56,274 nt of DNA. It comes from Candidatus Dojkabacteria bacterium. GTDB lineage: Bacteria > Patescibacteriota > Dojkabacteria > SC72. The translations under genes were made by a program, and so were the position numbers. Where the stretch lies: positions 1 through 56,274 of the forward strand of contig DATERJ010000020.1 in the NCBI GenBank assembly GCA_035271645.1, given 5' to 3'. This document shows positions 27,856-37,306 of this stretch, piece by piece. Within the stretch, counting starts at the first letter, position 1. Each line of letters opens with the position of its first letter. Under the pieces are notes generated by a model. It had not been told where the DNA came from and made no database searches. It worked only from the letters and a program-made list of their open reading frames with translations.

Positions 27856-28637
27856 CAAAACTCTCTGCACGCAAAGTTCAATGGGGAGTAAAAGGAAAAA
27901 AGATAATAAAAAACATTTCCATAGCAATAACAAACCAAGAACTTATTGGATTGATCGGACCAAATGGAAGTGGCAAATCATCCTTGCTAAGGTTGCTGTA
28001 CAAATATTACACACCCAAGCAAGGAGGAGTATATATTAAAGGCAGAGACATTCTATCTATGAGTCAAAAAGAGGTAGCACAAAACATTGGTGTTGTTCTA
28101 CAAGAGAAAGAAGGACTAAACGACAGAACTGTCTACGATATTGTCCTTATGGGGCGTAGTCCACATAAAGGAATCTTTGAGAAAGACACGAAGGAAGATC
28201 AAGAAATCGTTCTAGATGCATTAAACAGAGTGCATCTAACCAACAAAGAAAATCGTCATTTTTCTACTTTATCAGGAGGAGAAAAACAAAGAGTTCTAAT
28301 AGCAATGGCAATTGCCCAAGAAACAGAGATGCTGATACTAGATGAGCCAACAAACCACCTTGATCCAAGATATCAATTGGAAATCATGAATCTGATAAAA
28401 TCTTTAAATATACCCACAATAGTTGCAATACATGATCTTAACCTAGCTTCAATGTTTTGTGACAGACTTATATTATTAAAAGATGGTCATATCTTTACTG
28501 AAGGAACTCCACAAAAGGTTTTGACAAAAAAGAATATCAAAGATGTATACGATGTAGATGTTGAGATACAAAAAACTAAGAACAATCGAATAAGTGTTGT
28601 CTATCTTAACTCTCACAACCCACCCCCCATGCTATAA
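27825..28637 (+). CDS. ABC transporter ATP-binding protein (FecE/BtuD-like)
   Basis: Walker A GPNGSGKSS, signature LSGGEKQR and Walker B LILDEPTNHLD. Confidence 0.9.
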   Translation: MEKTNKSTQITKLSARKVQWGVKGKKIIKNISIAITNQELIGLIGPNGSGKSSLLRLLYKYYTPKQGGVYIKGRDILSMSQKEVAQNIGVVLQEKEGLNDRTVYDIVLMGRSPHKGIFEKDTKEDQEIVLDALNRVHLTNKENRHFSTLSGGEKQRVLIAMAIAQETEMLILDEPTNHLDPRYQLEIMNLIKSLNIPTIVAIHDLNLASMFCDRLILLKDGHIFTEGTPQKVLTKKNIKDVYDVDVEIQKTKNNRISVVYLNSHNPPPML

Positions 28638-28652
28638 TATGCTTACATACCT

Positions 28653-29558
28653 ATGACAACAGAAAAAGAATTACATCATATCAACAATATATCAAACACA
28701 GAAAACCTCTGGCATTCACAAAACTTTCTATATAATCCCTCATTCGTAAAATCTTTAGTTGCAATGACAAACATAAATCAGGATGATATTGTAATAGAAA
28801 TTGGCCCTGGGAAAGGAATTATTACCGAAGAGTTGTCCCAAAAAGCACATAAAGTTATCGCTATTGAATTAGATTCTAACCTTGCTAAAGAATTACGAGA
28901 CAGATTTAGAGAAGCTAAAAACATTGAAATTATTGAAGCTGATTTTTTAAAGTGGTCAAATCCTACATTCAAATACAAAGTCTTCTCCAATATACCTTTT
29001 GAATATACTAGTCGAATAATGGATAAATTACTTCTATCTCCTAATTCTCCAGAAGACACCTATCTAATAATGCAAGATTTAGCAGCAAAAAGATATATAG
29101 GTTCTCCACTTGGAAAGAATTCACAAATATCTTTACTCTTACAACCATTTTATGAGATGAGTATCCTTACCAATATTGACAGAAAACAATATAAACCTGT
29201 CCCAAATGTAGATACTGTTCTAGCCCAATTCCATAAAAGAGAACAACCACTTGTAGATAAAAAACTAGAACAAGATTACAGAGATTTCGTCATATATGGG
29301 TATAATCAATGGGAACCAACAATATTACAAGCATTTGATAAGGTTTTTTCATATAAACAACAAAAGATTCTAGAAAAGAATTTACATATTAAAAATAAAA
29401 AACCTTCTGAATTAAATATTGATGAGTGGATTACTTTGTTTAAAACATATATACAATATGTTTCTGATGAGAAAAAGAATTTGGTAAGAGGAAGTGAGAG
29501 ATTGTTACAAAGTAAACAGAAGAAATTAGAGAGAACTTACAAAACAAGAAGAAGATAG
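28653..29558 (+). CDS. erm: Erm-like 23S rRNA (adenine-N6)-methyltransferase with a basic C-terminal extension
   Basis: 301 aa. HSQNFL, EIGPGKGIIT, YKVFSNIPF.YTS and TYLIMQ...AKR. The C-terminal region YRDFV...LNIDEWITLFKTY is collinear with my recollection of ErmC (YNYFV...ISFEQFLSLFNSY). It fits Erm better than KsgA/RsmA. Confidence 0.75.
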   Translation: MTTEKELHHINNISNTENLWHSQNFLYNPSFVKSLVAMTNINQDDIVIEIGPGKGIITEELSQKAHKVIAIELDSNLAKELRDRFREAKNIEIIEADFLKWSNPTFKYKVFSNIPFEYTSRIMDKLLLSPNSPEDTYLIMQDLAAKRYIGSPLGKNSQISLLLQPFYEMSILTNIDRKQYKPVPNVDTVLAQFHKREQPLVDKKLEQDYRDFVIYGYNQWEPTILQAFDKVFSYKQQKILEKNLHIKNKKPSELNIDEWITLFKTYIQYVSDEKKNLVRGSERLLQSKQKKLERTYKTRRR

Positions 29559-29590
29559 TAAGTCAAATAACATCTACAAGACTTTGAATA

Positions 29591-30022
29591 CTACCTCCTA
29601 AAATGTATATTACTGTTTGTATCTAAAGATCTGATTAACTGTTCAAGTGGCTGGTTAGATAACTGTTGATTCAACTGTTGAATAGGTGGAACCAACTGGC
29701 TTAGTCTCTCTATGTCATATTGCAGGTGCTGATGTAGTCTCTGTCCATCAGCAACAATATCTCCATATGCCTCAACGGCCTTAATAAACTTCCTCATTAG
29801 TTCTCTGTCTCCTTTTGAAAATGTCAAACCTTCAACTTCCTTATCTTCTCCTGTAGGTATTTCCTCAGAAATATTTTCTAACTTTTCTGAACCCTGAAAA
29901 GTTGAATCTAATACCACATCTTGACCCAAAGAAGAAGTGCTAAATTCATTACCGTTTTCATCACTTGAATTCCCTTCTATACCTGATATCGATTGTGGGT
30001 CTCTGTATATATCTTGATCCAT
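29591..30022 (-). CDS. Hypothetical acidic protein
   Basis: 143-aa isolated minus-strand ORF between convergent and divergent neighbours. The N-terminal half is acidic and disordered-looking, and the C-terminal half is Q/L-rich and helical. No motif was recognised. Confidence 0.4.
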   Translation of the reverse strand: MDQDIYRDPQSISGIEGNSSDENGNEFSTSSLGQDVVLDSTFQGSEKLENISEEIPTGEDKEVEGLTFSKGDRELMRKFIKAVEAYGDIVADGQRLHQHLQYDIERLSQLVPPIQQLNQQLSNQPLEQLIRSLDTNSNIHFRR

Positions 30023-30137
30023 ATATTTATCACACTAAGATTATTATCTCCATAATACATGTAGTAACTTCTAAGGTCAAGAAAATAAAAACATAAAGCC
30101 CTACAAAAAAACCTTTTCTTTAGATATAATCCATTGT

Positions 30138-31964
30138 ATGTCTAATTCAAAACCATTAGAAAAAATTAGAAACTTCTCCATCATTGCTCATATAGATCAT
30201 GGGAAATCTACTTTGGCAGATAGGATGTTAGAGGCAACAGAGAATAGTAGTATTGCTAGAAAGAAGAGTAACAGAGTTTTAGACAAGCTAGATCTAGAAC
30301 AGGAGAAGGGTATTACAATCAAGCTGCAAGCTTGTAAGATGGCATGGAAAGGATATGAATTAAATCTCATAGACACACCAGGGCATGTCGATTTCTCTTA
30401 CGAAGTGTCTAGGTCTCTAGCTGCTTGTGAGTCTGCCCTACTTCTTGTAGATGCTAGTCAAGGAATACAAGCACAAACCATATCAAATACTAGGAAGGCT
30501 CTAGATTTAGGACTTACCTTAATTCCAGTACTAAACAAAATTGATTTACCAAATGTAAATATTGAAGAGCGAGAAAAAGAGATTGAAGCACTACTAGGTT
30601 TTAAGAAAGAAGAGATTGTTAAAGTGTCCGGGAAAACTGGAGAAGGTGTAGAGGAGTTGTTAGATAGAATAATTGAGAAGTCCCCTGCTCCAACTGGTGA
30701 TGTAAATGCACCACTTAAAGCATTAGTCTTTGACTCCTTCTATGATGAACATAGAGGTGTTGTAATTGCAGTTAGAATATTTGATGGCTCATACAAATAT
30801 GAATCAGGTAAAGCAAAGACTTTACACATGATTCAGAGAAAACAGTCATTCAAACCAACAGAGATTGGTATATTCAATCCAGACTTAGAGGAGATTGATA
30901 AGCTAGAAGCTGGAGAAGTTGGATATATTGCAACAGGAATGAAAGACATTAGTTTCTTCACAGTTGGAGATACTATCTCAGACAAAGAAGACACTACTCC
31001 ACTCTCAGGATACCAGATACCTAAACCTAATATGTTTGCAACATTCTTCCCAACAGATACTGAGGATTATGAAGACCTTAAAACTGCATTGATTAAACTT
31101 TCACTAAATGATGCTTCCTTAGTATTTACAGATCAAAGATCCAATTTACTTGGTTCTGGATTCAGATGTGGATTTCTAGGACTACTACACATGGAAATTA
31201 TTCAAGAGAGACTTGAAAGAGAATATGATATTGATTTAATCGTAACTGCTCCTACTGTTGAGTACCAAGTTACAAAAACAGATGGTGAGGAATTAGTCAT
31301 ACAGGCACCTCACGAGCTCCCAGATCCTGCCAATATTAAAGAGATTAGAGAACCTTGGGTTAGAGCTGAAATCATGACTCCAGAGAAATATTTAGGAGAT
31401 ATGATGAGTTTATGCCAATTCAAAAGAGGACAGTATGTTAATACAAAATACCTACACTCAAGTAGTAGTGATATTCAACTTAAAGATCAATATATTATTC
31501 TGGAATATGATATGCCTCTTGTTTCTCTCATTTCTAACTTCTTTGATCAAATGAAAAATATTTCTAGTGGATATGCTTCTATGGAATATGAGTTCATTGA
31601 TTACTTCCCTGCTGATATTGTAAAAGTCTCTATACTAGTAAATCACGAGGAGGTTTCTGTATTAGATTTCCTTGAGGTAAGAGATGATGCTAGAGCAAAG
31701 GCTGTGAAGCTCCTAGAGGTCATGAAAACAGTAATACCTAGACAACAGTTCGCTATTCCTCTCCAAGCAGCTATTGGTTCAACCATTATCGCAAGAGAAG
31801 ATGTAAAAGCTTTTAGAAAAGATGTTACTGCTAAGTTGTATGGTGGTGACTATTCTAGAAAAAAGAAATTGTTAGAGAAGCAAAAGAAAGGAAAGAAAAG
31901 ATTGAAACAGATTGGACAGGTACATATTCCACAGGATGCATTCTTAGCTATATTAAAGACATAG
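30138..31964 (+). CDS. lepA: Elongation factor 4 (LepA)
   Basis: 608 aa. IAHIDHGKSTLADR, DTPGHVDF and NKIDL, plus the LepA-specific C-terminal domain. Confidence 0.95.
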   Translation: MSNSKPLEKIRNFSIIAHIDHGKSTLADRMLEATENSSIARKKSNRVLDKLDLEQEKGITIKLQACKMAWKGYELNLIDTPGHVDFSYEVSRSLAACESALLLVDASQGIQAQTISNTRKALDLGLTLIPVLNKIDLPNVNIEEREKEIEALLGFKKEEIVKVSGKTGEGVEELLDRIIEKSPAPTGDVNAPLKALVFDSFYDEHRGVVIAVRIFDGSYKYESGKAKTLHMIQRKQSFKPTEIGIFNPDLEEIDKLEAGEVGYIATGMKDISFFTVGDTISDKEDTTPLSGYQIPKPNMFATFFPTDTEDYEDLKTALIKLSLNDASLVFTDQRSNLLGSGFRCGFLGLLHMEIIQERLEREYDIDLIVTAPTVEYQVTKTDGEELVIQAPHELPDPANIKEIREPWVRAEIMTPEKYLGDMMSLCQFKRGQYVNTKYLHSSSSDIQLKDQYIILEYDMPLVSLISNFFDQMKNISSGYASMEYEFIDYFPADIVKVSILVNHEEVSVLDFLEVRDDARAKAVKLLEVMKTVIPRQQFAIPLQAAIGSTIIAREDVKAFRKDVTAKLYGGDYSRKKKLLEKQKKGKKRLKQIGQVHIPQDAFLAILKT

Positions 31965-32008
31965 ACCAAGTTAATCTTGGGTTCATAATCATTTGGTACG
32001 ATATATAT

Positions 32009-32620
32009 ATGACTAAAAACTGTTATGTCTTTATCGATGCTTCAAATATGTTTTATGGAACACCAAACGACCAAGATTGGAGGGTTGATTTTAAGAAGCT
32101 GACGGAATACCTCAAAAGTAAATACAAAGTTAAAAAGTTTTTCTATTACTCAGGAGTTGATACTTGTGGATATGAAGCAAATATCAAATCAACTGCCCCA
32201 TATCCCATTAAGAACCTCCTTGAATATTTGACCAAATTACCTAAACAGAGGACTGGAGAGAACAGTCAGAAGATTCACAAAAGTATCAAGAAGGTGAAGT
32301 TCTTCAAGAAGTTAGAAGAGTTTGGTTATGTTTTAAGACTAAAACCAATTAAACATATTAGAACAGGACAAGGAGTAAAACTAAAAGCGAACTGCGACGT
32401 GGATCTAACTTATGATATGCTTCGATTAGAACCAGAGTATGATTCGTTCATACTCCTTTCTGGAGATGGAGATTTCGAAATACTACTTCGATATGCAAGA
32501 GAGAAGGGAACAAGGTTTGCAGTTCTTTCACATAAAGAAAAGACTGCTAGAATTATTAAAGAAAAATATTCTAGAGAATACAAAGAGTTTTCAAGAATAA
32601 AGACTTTCATTGAAAAATAA
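32009..32620 (+). CDS. NYN-domain (LabA/DUF88-like) protein
   Basis: 203 aa. YVFIDASNMFY at the N-terminus and LLSGDGDFEILL, both characteristic of LabA-like NYN nucleases. Confidence 0.75.
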   Translation: MTKNCYVFIDASNMFYGTPNDQDWRVDFKKLTEYLKSKYKVKKFFYYSGVDTCGYEANIKSTAPYPIKNLLEYLTKLPKQRTGENSQKIHKSIKKVKFFKKLEEFGYVLRLKPIKHIRTGQGVKLKANCDVDLTYDMLRLEPEYDSFILLSGDGDFEILLRYAREKGTRFAVLSHKEKTARIIKEKYSREYKEFSRIKTFIEK

Positions 32621-32623
32621 AAT

Positions 32624-32655
32624 GGGAGGGTCAAAACTTTCGTAAGGGCCCTCCC
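32624..32655 (+). terminator. GC-rich hairpin just after the NYN gene
   Basis: gggaggg (32624-32630) pairs with ccctccc (32649-32655) around an 18-nt loop. It stands out in AT-rich DNA, but no clear T-tract follows. Confidence 0.35.
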
Positions 32656-32756
32656 GAATCCTATTGTTGATAGTATACCTCATTTCCATGCCAAATACAA
32701 AAAATATATTTCTTTTCCCTCTACAAATATCCACTATTCATATATAATTAAGACCT

Positions 32757-33815
32757 ATGGTCTCTAAAATAAAGTTAACAAACTTTAGAAAATTCAAAAA
32801 CTTAGAGTTGGATATTGATAAAGATATAGTAGTATTACATGGTGATAATGCTGTTGGTAAAAGTACAATACTAGAAGCAATATCCTTAATTACAAATGGA
32901 AAATCTCCCTGGGCTAGCACAGATGAATACATCTCTACCAATCAAGAAGAAGAAACACCATTCTGTAGAATTGAAATTTCAACAAAAGAAGATGGTGAAG
33001 AAAAGACATATTCATATTACAAAACAAATTCAAGAAGAATATTAAAGATAAATGATAAAAACACACCTATAAGGAAGTTTTTTGAAGAAACAGCATCTAC
33101 AATATTTAATCCAGAGAAAATTGAAATACTAATGATATCACCAAGTAAAAGAAGAGAGTTTTTAGATGAGATAATATCTACTTTAGATTATGAGTATGTA
33201 GAAACATTAAAACAATTTAGAAAAGTTCTCAAACAAAGAAACGCATATCTAAAGAAACTATCTAAACAATTCTACGACAAAGGTATCATTGCAAGAAATG
33301 ACCCTCAACTTAATTTCTGGACAAATGAGTTTCTTAAATCTGCAGAGAAGATACAAGAAATGAGAGAGAGGTTATCTAAGAGAATAGCAACAAAGAAGTT
33401 GAAAGTTGAATATATTAAGTCAAATAGTGATATTGCTCTAGAAGATGCTTTAGAACATTCAAAAAAGCGAGATATTGCTACTGGTTATACTAATGTAGGA
33501 CCTCATAGAGATGATTGGGAGTTAATTAACGGAATGAATATTAAGAAGTATGGTTCTAGGGGTGAAAAAAGATTATCTATCGGCAAGCTAATCTTTGAAG
33601 TACAAAAGATTATGAAAAAAGAGCTTGGCTATTACCCAATTCTTCTTCTTGATGATATTGCCTCTGAATTAGACAAAAAGAATACAGCTGAGATATTTAA
33701 ACCTGAAATACTGAATAAACAACAGACATTCATTACAATCATTGACTACAAGAACCTACCTAAAGAGGTAATAGACAAGGCACAGCTGATCAATCTGAAT
33801 GAAATTCCAGCTTAA
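32757..33815 (+). CDS. recF: DNA replication/repair protein RecF
   Basis: 352 aa. LTNFRKFKNLEL, Walker A GDNAVGKST, an SMC-like signature region and Walker B LLLDDIASELD. Confidence 0.85.
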   Translation: MVSKIKLTNFRKFKNLELDIDKDIVVLHGDNAVGKSTILEAISLITNGKSPWASTDEYISTNQEEETPFCRIEISTKEDGEEKTYSYYKTNSRRILKINDKNTPIRKFFEETASTIFNPEKIEILMISPSKRREFLDEIISTLDYEYVETLKQFRKVLKQRNAYLKKLSKQFYDKGIIARNDPQLNFWTNEFLKSAEKIQEMRERLSKRIATKKLKVEYIKSNSDIALEDALEHSKKRDIATGYTNVGPHRDDWELINGMNIKKYGSRGEKRLSIGKLIFEVQKIMKKELGYYPILLLDDIASELDKKNTAEIFKPEILNKQQTFITIIDYKNLPKEVIDKAQLINLNEIPA

Positions 33816-33840
33816 ATCTACTCCCTCTTTACTTAAAGCC

Positions 33841-34791
33841 TTAAGACACACTTCGTTTCTTCATGAGTTCTTCCCTCTCCTTTGCAAGTACAGTAGCTTC
33901 AGTCAATTCCCTTAGTAATGCCATGGTGTTGAAATCCTCTTGACGACTATCCAAAATATCTGCCATATATACCGCAGAATAGAAGTTGGCATCTTCTCCA
34001 CTAAAAGGTTGTGCTTCTTGACCCTTTACTGCTACAGGACCTTCCATTGTAGGTAAACCTATATCTGCATTGGAAAAGTTTGCCTGAAATACTTGAGCAT
34101 CAGGATTGTTTACTTCCTTACGATGAAGGACTTCTTTGTAGATAAGATTATAGTCACTTTCATGTCTACGATATGTAGAACCTGCTACCAAGAAAATCAT
34201 ACCTTCTTCAGTTAGCATTATAACCGATCTTTTCTCCTGGAATATATCTTTAAAACTTTGAGGTGAGGAATATTGCTCTTTTATACCCAAATAACTAGGC
34301 AATTCACCTTTATCAAAGTTAACCATGTTTCTTTCAAAGACAATACCTTTTGAACCATTTGACAAAGTTATTTCTCTAAGTGCTCCATTAAATTTTTCTT
34401 CATTTAGTAGGATTTTAATAAACTCTCTATTTCTTTGTTTTCTTTCATCGGTGTCTTGCTGTCCTACTTCTGATTGATGAGTCACTCCAGTTTCAAGGGG
34501 CTTAAACTTAAAATTAGTAGTTGAGGTATTCATCCTAGTACCTTGTTGCTCTACTTGAGGACTAATTGGTTCTAATGGTTTAAAACCAACAACTGGACTA
34601 GTTGGAGGAGAAGTTTCTACCATTGCACTACTACTGTCCGGCTGACCTACTTCTACTGAAGGACTAATTGGTTCTAAGGGTTTAAAACCAACGACTGGAC
34701 CGGTTGCTGTAGGTTGTACCTGTTCAACATCCTCGTTTGGCATAGGCTCTACTGGAATAAAGTCATCTGTACCTTCTCCGATTCGACTCAT
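33841..34791 (-). CDS. Hypothetical protein with N-terminal PVVGFKPLEPISP repeats
   Basis: 316 aa. Two near-identical ~39-nt repeat units (about 34558-34598 and 34660-34700) plus a degenerate third (FKFKPLETG). The C-terminal ~200 aa look globular, with no motif. It lies downstream of the TPR gene. Confidence 0.5.
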   Translation of the reverse strand: MSRIGEGTDDFIPVEPMPNEDVEQVQPTATGPVVGFKPLEPISPSVEVGQPDSSSAMVETSPPTSPVVGFKPLEPISPQVEQQGTRMNTSTTNFKFKPLETGVTHQSEVGQQDTDERKQRNREFIKILLNEEKFNGALREITLSNGSKGIVFERNMVNFDKGELPSYLGIKEQYSSPQSFKDIFQEKRSVIMLTEEGMIFLVAGSTYRRHESDYNLIYKEVLHRKEVNNPDAQVFQANFSNADIGLPTMEGPVAVKGQEAQPFSGEDANFYSAVYMADILDSRQEDFNTMALLRELTEATVLAKEREELMKKRSVS

Positions 34792-34832
34792 ATAACTAAA
34801 TAATTATTTAAAATACACTTCTTTTATAAACC

Positions 34833-36335
34833 TTATTGAGTGAGATGTTTACCTGCCTCCTCTGTTATCTCATTATTCAAATCATACTCTATACTCCTCT
34901 GAAAAGACTCTCTTGCCCCCTCCACATCACCCTCCTTCATTTTTACAACACCCAAAAGAAGATGATACTGAGGATAGTACTTATCAATCTCTCCCAAACT
35001 ATCTAAATAGGTTTTTGCTGTTTCTGTATTATTGATATCCAAAGCCACCCTTGCTCTCCAATAAAGAACTTCCTTCTTCTCAGTATCAGTTAAATCCATC
35101 TTATCTAGTTGCTGAAGATAGAAATCAACCTTAGCTTTCTCACCTGTTTGATAATTACTCTCAATGCCCAGAAGATACACAAATGGCTTCTCAACATTAA
35201 TCAAAACATCTCTAACTACCTCAACTGCCTTAAGATCTTGTTTATTCTTTAACAACAACCTCACATACTCCTCCAACAATTCCTTACTGACATCTTTTCC
35301 TGCATACCCTAGTGCCCTGGAGTAGTTATCCATCGTTGCTTGTAAATCATTTTGACCATAATATGCCCTAGCTTTACCCCAAAACACCTCTTTCTCCATA
35401 CCACCAATTGTTAATGCTTTATCAAACGCCTCTATTGCTTTACCATACTCCTTCGCATCTAAATATGCCCTACCCATGTAATACATTCCATCTAAATAGC
35501 TTGTCATCTCAGTAGATAGAGGTTCTAGTACTGCCAAAGCTAAATATGGATAACCATTATTGATATATACCCTAGCTAGTTTCGTTGCATTAAACTTCTC
35601 ATCTTCATCTAAGGTTTGGAGAACTGTGTCATACTCATCATAGAAAAGAGCCCATTTACTTGTTGGTGAAATCTTTCCTATCTGCTCTTTAGCTTTCTTA
35701 ACATCTTCTACTCCAAGAATATATGCAAGGAGAAGATTTGCTTCAGAAGCATTATCCTCACCATACCCACTCAATGACACTTGCCTCTTGGCCTCATCTA
35801 TCCTCCCCAGTTTAAGAAATGTCCTACCCAAAGCCAGCTCCGCATTAATGTTCTGCACACCTAAACCCAAACCTTCCTGATACATCTGCCTTGCTCTATC
35901 ATAATCCTTAGATGCTAGATAATAATCTCCAAGTGACTGATAGAGATATGACCTGTCATTAGAGGAAAGCGGTCTTGTACTCTCTCTTACAATTGACACA
36001 GCATCATCCACCCTATTCTTCATCAAAAGTATATCCACTATACCAGAATATGCTTCCAATCTCTGTGGAATTATCTCTGTAGCTTCATAGAAGTTGTTAA
36101 TTGCCAAAGTATATTCTTTAGCATTCTGATTTATTTCTGCCTCCCTTATTTTCGAATCGTAGTCTTTTCTTTGGGTTTCTGATACTTTTCTACTCATTAC
36201 ATACCATGTAATTAATCCTCCAAGAATTAGGATTAATATCACCCAAGGAAGTATCTTCTTGTAATTCACTTTTTTAGTATTGGTTTCTACCTCTGCAACT
36301 TTCTTCTCTCTCTCTACTTTTATATCTTTTTCCAT
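34833..36335 (-). CDS. TM-anchored tetratricopeptide-repeat protein
   Basis: 500 aa with an N-terminal TM helix, followed by many 34-residue TPR-like units (A..YY..G..Y....Y..A...F..AL pattern). Confidence 0.8.
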   Translation of the reverse strand: MEKDIKVEREKKVAEVETNTKKVNYKKILPWVILILILGGLITWYVMSRKVSETQRKDYDSKIREAEINQNAKEYTLAINNFYEATEIIPQRLEAYSGIVDILLMKNRVDDAVSIVRESTRPLSSNDRSYLYQSLGDYYLASKDYDRARQMYQEGLGLGVQNINAELALGRTFLKLGRIDEAKRQVSLSGYGEDNASEANLLLAYILGVEDVKKAKEQIGKISPTSKWALFYDEYDTVLQTLDEDEKFNATKLARVYINNGYPYLALAVLEPLSTEMTSYLDGMYYMGRAYLDAKEYGKAIEAFDKALTIGGMEKEVFWGKARAYYGQNDLQATMDNYSRALGYAGKDVSKELLEEYVRLLLKNKQDLKAVEVVRDVLINVEKPFVYLLGIESNYQTGEKAKVDFYLQQLDKMDLTDTEKKEVLYWRARVALDINNTETAKTYLDSLGEIDKYYPQYHLLLGVVKMKEGDVEGARESFQRSIEYDLNNEITEEAGKHLTQ

Positions 36336-36394
36336 AGTTAAAATATAGTTTAGTACTAGCCTGTTGTCAAATATATGGTAGAATACTGTTACAT

Positions 36395-37306
36395 ATGTTT
36401 AAAAGAATATTGTTTTTGATTTTGGTTGTTCTGTTTACCATTGAGTTCTACATTTTTAGCTCATATTTCCCCATCAAAGCAGAAGGAGTGCCAAGAGAAG
36501 ATGTGTTTGCAGAGATACTAGATAGTAGATATGTTGATGAAGAATCAAGCGTCAAAGGTGTCTATGTACAGTACGATTCTAATGTAGAATACACGTTTGT
36601 CAGAGCAAATACTCCATTAGAGGCTCTAGAAAACCTAGGATATAGGATAGGAAGTAACAACAAGGTGATGGCTACTTGCAATGATAATGAATTGTTAAAC
36701 AACTCAATTATTACTGTTCAAACATATAGGATAGAGATTAAGGATGAGACTTTCAGTATTCCATTTGAAACAATTACTAATGGTTCTTCTCTTTGTGCTA
36801 GATTAAGTAGAAAAACAGTTGAACAAGCAGGTGTACTTGGTGTGATGACACAAAAAACAGAGTTAGTGTACTTAGGAGATGAATTAATTGAAGAGAAGAT
36901 TGTTGAGAAGAAAGTAGTTAAAGAACCTGTAACACAAATTCTAAGTTATGTTGGTGCAAATCATACTCCAACTTCTGCTCAAAACTTAGGATACAATTGT
37001 AGTCATTGGAATGCTGTTGTTGACTCTCTTTCTGCCACAGAGGAGGAGAAGAGATGGCTTAAGTTTACGATGAAGTGGGAGTCTGGTTGCAATGCAGAGA
37101 GTAACAAAGCGTACTACAAAGGTCTTTTCCAATGGGGCCCTTGCCTATGGTACAAGTTATACCCTCAAGATAATATTTTTGATGGATATGCTCAGATTAG
37201 AAGAACATTAGAGAAGGTTAGATCTGGTGGGAATCCTAAGTATATGTGGCCTGCTGTATACCGAAAGTATGTTGCTAAATACGGTGAGCTAAGTTGGTTG
37301 AAGTAG
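36395..37306 (+). CDS. RpfB/YabE-like cell-wall hydrolase (DUF348 - G5 - transglycosylase-like domain)
   Basis: 303 aa with a TM or signal sequence. DUF348-like VYVQYDSNVEYTFVRANTPLEALENLGYRI, G5-like FSIPFETITNGS...VEQAGVLGVMTQKTELVY...EPVTQILSYVG, and a C-terminal WESGCNAESNKAYYKGLFQW that resembles the Rpf-type motif CESGGN...GLQF. Confidence 0.65.
   Translation: MFKRILFLILVVLFTIEFYIFSSYFPIKAEGVPREDVFAEILDSRYVDEESSVKGVYVQYDSNVEYTFVRANTPLEALENLGYRIGSNNKVMATCNDNELLNNSIITVQTYRIEIKDETFSIPFETITNGSSLCARLSRKTVEQAGVLGVMTQKTELVYLGDELIEEKIVEKKVVKEPVTQILSYVGANHTPTSAQNLGYNCSHWNAVVDSLSATEEEKRWLKFTMKWESGCNAESNKAYYKGLFQWGPCLWYKLYPQDNIFDGYAQIRRTLEKVRSGGNPKYMWPAVYRKYVAKYGELSWLK

Noticed and set aside
28653-29558. 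KsgA/RsmA (16S rRNA dimethyladenosine transferase) assignment for the rRNA adenine methyltransferase.
   Set aside because: The N-terminal HSQNF and the C-terminal domain pattern (Y.DFV..., ...EWITLFKTY) match my recollection of Erm proteins better than KsgA. I cannot exclude KsgA without a phylogeny, hence confidence below 0.8.
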